In this document: positions 60,938 to 64,000 of the stretch, piece by piece | How the letters are laid out: every line of letters begins with the position of its first letter | Numbering within the stretch: position 1 is the first letter of the stretch | Assembly (NCBI GenBank): GCA_963662445.1 | Contig: OY759590.1 | Coordinates: 2,975,335-3,039,334 of the forward strand | DNA: 64,000 nt | From: Desulfarculia bacterium | Lineage (GTDB): Bacteria > Desulfobacterota > Desulfarculia > Adiutricales > JAGVGV01 | Reading direction: 5' to 3' | Notes under the pieces: generated by a model | The model's database searches: none | What the model was told of the DNA's origin: nothing | What the model saw: the letters and a program-made list of their open reading frames with translations, nothing else | Position numbers and translations under genes: made by a program

Positions 60938-63004
60938 TCAGGCGGAGCCTAACCGCGCTCGGGCGCTCCCGAGTAATGGCAGCTTGCCTGCATGCTTCTT
61001 GCCCCGCTTGACGGCAGGAATGGCCATATGACCGGCCCCTGCGCCGCTTCCCCGGACCAGCTCAAGCAATCCGTTGACCATGTCCTGCATCTGTTCGGCC
61101 TGGGCGCTCATCTCCTCGGAGGCTGAAGCCGATTCCTCGGCGCTGGCCGCATTCTGCTGAACCACCTTGTCCATCTCGGCCACAGCCTTGTTCGCCTGTT
61201 CGATTCCCTGGGCCTGTTCCTTGCTGGCCACGGCGATTTCAGCCACTATTTCCCCGACCTTGGTGGCGCTCTGAGAAACCTGGGCGAAGGCCTCGTTGGT
61301 CCTTGTAACCAGGCTGGCCCCGGCTTCAACTTTTTTCACCGTGCCTTCTATGAGACCTGCGGTGTTTTTGGCCGCCTCGGCCGCCCTCATGGCCAGATTC
61401 CTGACTTCATCCGCCACCACAGCGAATCCGGCTCCGGCTTCTCCGGCACGGGCCGCTTCCACCGCCGCGTTCAGTGCCAGAAGGTTGGTCTGAAAAGCAA
61501 TCTCATCAATTGTTTTGATGATATTGGAAGTTTCCTGGCTGGCCTTCCTGATTTCTTCCATGGATGAAGTCATTTCCCTCATGGAGGTATTGGCCTGGCC
61601 GATGACGCCGTTGGCCTCACGCATCAGTTGATCCGCCTGGGATGCGTTGTTGGCGTTCTGCTGCGTCATGGAAGCCATTTCTTCCAGGGAAGCGGAAGTC
61701 TCCTCTATGGCCGCCGCCTGCTCGGAAGCACCTTCGGCCAGGGACTGGCTCGCCGATGAGACTTCACCGGAGGCCGAAGCCACCTGGTTCGCGCCTTCGG
61801 TCAAACCTTCTATGGCCCTGTTGATGGGCTTGGCCACGGTGTTCGAAGTGAACAGCCAGATCAGGACAGCCACGACCAGGGAACAGACCAGAAGCAGCCC
61901 CAGAATATAGTTGCTCCGCTTGCCCGCTTCGGTGACACGGATAGTCGCCGCCTGGAATTCGTCCAGATAAGACCCCACGCCGATGACCCAGTCCCAGGGT
62001 TGAAAATATTTTAAGCGCACGACCTTTTCACGGGCCACGGCGTCGCCTTTATTCTTCCAGAAATACCGTTGCTCCGCCGTCTGCCCGGCACTCAGGGCCA
62101 TGGCCTTTTTGACAATTTCCTGAATAAAGAAATTACCTTTGTCGTCCTTGGCCTGGGAAATGTCTTCACCGTCCCGTGTGCCGCCCTGGGATATGACATA
62201 ACGTCCCTGACTGTCCACCACATACACATACCCGGTCTGGCCGACCTTGATATTCATGATGGCGTCTCTCAGGCTCTTCACGCTTTCCTGAGGTATCCCC
62301 ACGGAAATCAGCCCCACGACTTTCTTTCCGGTATCGAAAATCGGCTCGTAGGCCGTTATATACCATCCGTCAACCACAAAGGCGCGCCCCACGAACGACT
62401 GGCCGTTGAGAACCGCCGCCAGCACGGTATTGCTTTTTCCATCAGGCTCCACGGCGGGAATATAGGTCCCTATGGCCCGGGTTCCGTCCTGCTGGATGAC
62501 ATTGGACGCCACTCTCAACATGTCGCCGGCATCGTTCATTCGCTGAAAGACCGTACACACACCGCCCACCAGTTCCCGGACTCTGTCCACTACCGGGACT
62601 TTGTCGTCTGCTTCCTTGCTCTGCCCAAACCAGACATTTCCCGCCAGCATCCGGGGCAACTCCACCACAGCGGATTCGCTGCTGAACTGGTTGACCGCAT
62701 TCCAGCTTTCATTTTCCGCGGAAAAAGCTATTCCTCCCTTGGCTGCCAGTATCTCCATAGCCACGTTAAGCGAGTTCCTGACGTTTTTTTCATTAACTTC
62801 TTCGTGAGACTCCACCAGTGCGTAAACCGCGTCGGCAATATGGTCCAGATCGGCGTAAGCCAGCTTGGTGCTTTCGGTTTCGGCGGCATCCTTCATGGTC
62901 ATGTTCTGCCGGAAGACCACCGCTGATACAATTACCAGAGGCAGGACCGTCAACAGGCAGCCGATTACCAGAAGTCTGGTGCGAAGCGTCATACGTCTGA
63001 ACAT
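60938..63004 (-). CDS. Methyl-accepting chemotaxis protein with periplasmic double-Cache-like sensor and HAMP domain
   Basis: AAGGAG RBS precedes ATG 63004. It has TM1, a ~330-aa periplasmic domain ([14 protein letters not shown]..., [10 protein letters not shown]), TM2 and HAMP. The highly conserved signalling hairpin is [37 protein letters not shown]. Confidence 0.9.
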   Translation of the reverse strand: MFRRMTLRTRLLVIGCLLTVLPLVIVSAVVFRQNMTMKDAAETESTKLAYADLDHIADAVYALVESHEEVNEKNVRNSLNVAMEILAAKGGIAFSAENESWNAVNQFSSESAVVELPRMLAGNVWFGQSKEADDKVPVVDRVRELVGGVCTVFQRMNDAGDMLRVASNVIQQDGTRAIGTYIPAVEPDGKSNTVLAAVLNGQSFVGRAFVVDGWYITAYEPIFDTGKKVVGLISVGIPQESVKSLRDAIMNIKVGQTGYVYVVDSQGRYVISQGGTRDGEDISQAKDDKGNFFIQEIVKKAMALSAGQTAEQRYFWKNKGDAVAREKVVRLKYFQPWDWVIGVGSYLDEFQAATIRVTEAGKRSNYILGLLLVCSLVVAVLIWLFTSNTVAKPINRAIEGLTEGANQVASASGEVSSASQSLAEGASEQAAAIEETSASLEEMASMTQQNANNASQADQLMREANGVIGQANTSMREMTSSMEEIRKASQETSNIIKTIDEIAFQTNLLALNAAVEAARAGEAGAGFAVVADEVRNLAMRAAEAAKNTAGLIEGTVKKVEAGASLVTRTNEAFAQVSQSATKVGEIVAEIAVASKEQAQGIEQANKAVAEMDKVVQQNAASAEESASASEEMSAQAEQMQDMVNGLLELVRGSGAGAGHMAIPAVKRGKKHAGKLPLLGSARARLGSA

Positions 63005-63506
63005 TTTAGACTCCTTTTCCAAACCGGCACTCGTCAGAGAAGAAACCTGTCCCTTCCCTGGCTGCTTTCCGGAGCAGGTTTTTACGCCTTTGGCCGGCTC
63101 ATGGTCAGTGAGTCATTCGGCCTTTATGGCGCAGACATGTCCAAATCTTTTTTCCGGTCTTTTGAACGGGGAAAACGCTGCTTTTGCGGGCTCAACAGAA
63201 TCTGATTTCAACGCCGGCCTGGCGCTGCCGTTCGTTCCCTTGTGAGGTATTTACATTTTAAGTGGTAATCGGACTTATTTCAATACCCCGCCAAACTTCC
63301 GCTGATCCGGAAACGAGTTCAAACAGCAAGAAGTCGAGGCGTACCAGGACACCGCAAAACCGGTTGAAAAGAAAACCATATGAGACAGCTTGAAAACGGG
63401 AGCGGGTTGTATTACAAATGGCCTCCGGCGCGGAATCGCACATCTTTATTAATCAGCCTGCTCTGGACGGTGAACACCTGCCGGGCGTCGAGCGGTGGAG
63501 GGCCTC

Positions 63507-64000
63507 ATGTTTCCTGCGGAATTGCTGGCGTTGGCTTACGGACTGGCTTCCGCCCTGAGTTGGGGAACCGGTGATTTCAGCGGCGGTCTGGCCAGCAAAA
63601 GCCGGTCGGTTTTCACTGTTCTGCTTTATTCCCAGATGATCAGCGGGGCCATGCTGGTCCTGGCTGCTATAGTCATGGCTGAACAGACGCCCAGCGTCTT
63701 TCAATTGTTTATGGGCGGATTAGCCGGAATCTGCGGGACGGCCGGTCTGGCGGCCTTATACATGGGCCTGGCCACAGGCCGCATGGGTATCGTCGCTCCG
63801 GTTTCGGCCGTGGTATCGGCCATTCTGCCCATAGCGGTCTCCGCTTTCACCGAAGGCTTGCCGGATACGGCCAAAGTCATCGGCTTCGCGGCCGCCCTGG
63901 CCGCTGTCTGTTTTCTTTCCTATCAGAAAGACCAGGGGCGCTTCGACCTGAAGAGTCTGACCCTGCCTGTCGTGGCCGGACTCTGTTTCGGACTCTTCTT
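63507..64000 (+). CDS. DMT (EamA-like) family transporter, N-terminal part (3' end outside the window)
   Basis: This ORF is not in the ORF track because it has no stop within the window. GGTGGAGG RBS precedes ATG 63507. My own translation is MFPAELLALAYGLASALSWGTGDFSGGLASKSRSVFTVLLYSQMISGAMLVLAAIVM...GRMGIVAPVSAVVSAILPIAVSAF..., i.e. consecutive TM helices typical of EamA repeats. Confidence 0.7.
   Translation, partial: MFPAELLALAYGLASALSWGTGDFSGGLASKSRSVFTVLLYSQMISGAMLVLAAIVMAEQTPSVFQLFMGGLAGICGTAGLAALYMGLATGRMGIVAPVSAVVSAILPIAVSAFTEGLPDTAKVIGFAAALAAVCFLSYQKDQGRFDLKSLTLPVVAGLCFGLF

Overview
This 64-kb segment looks like bacterial chromosome, not a plasmid or phage. It is GC-rich (high 50s % by eye) and densely coding on both strands. 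Gene content suggests an anaerobic deltaproteobacterial / Desulfobacterota-type organism, but that is inference from Hdr/Dsr-like redox genes, TamAB, many signalling genes and GC-rich REP-like repeats. I support about 50 protein genes, listed here in window order. (1) LemA (partial), MgtC, DUF434-like, a PP-loop ATPase and a SPOR protein. (2) A membrane Hdr-like redox pair. (3) DUF166-like plus an unknown gene, then YihY, TamA/TamB and PmbA/TldD. (4) A same-strand signalling block at 19.4-29.0 kb: class I adenylate cyclase, degenerate receiver-TPR, PilZ, FHA-Ser/Thr kinase, and a giant kinase-TPR-14xWD40 protein. (5) An FAD oxidoreductase. (6) A conserved housekeeping block: IHF-like, hisC, cmk, rpsA, sppA, ihfB, EI24. 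(7) A large secreted beta-propeller/IPT protein next to an ArnA-DH / GT2 / SDR / GT-C-TPR glycosylation operon. (8) A cobalamin riboswitch in front of a Zn-ADH and a TrpD-like gene. (9) TPM-PDZ, WYL regulator, DUF89, NfeD-stomatin, small lipoproteins, an HD protein and a GT2. (10) A cNMP-binding protein, CheX, an acidic Cys-cluster protein, a PAS-Cys4 protein, a dCache MCP and a partial DMT transporter. RNA genes are initiator tRNA-fMet(CAT), tRNA-Leu(TAA) and a long, Alu-domain-containing SRP RNA. Non-coding structure includes a 66-nt x ~4.7 tandem array built from GC-rich hairpins, dispersed copies of the same REP-like hairpin at three other loci, a 307-nt element bounded by 10-bp inverted repeats, and several clean intrinsic terminators. 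I saw no CRISPR array, transposase, integrase, rRNA or recognisable defence genes. The most promising leads for new biology are the B12-riboswitch-controlled ADH/TrpD-like operon, the TMTC-like GT-C-TPR glycosylation cluster beside an IPT-domain protein, the multi-messenger signalling block, and the tandem hairpin array. All family assignments come from recognising motifs by eye in the translations. No searches were run.
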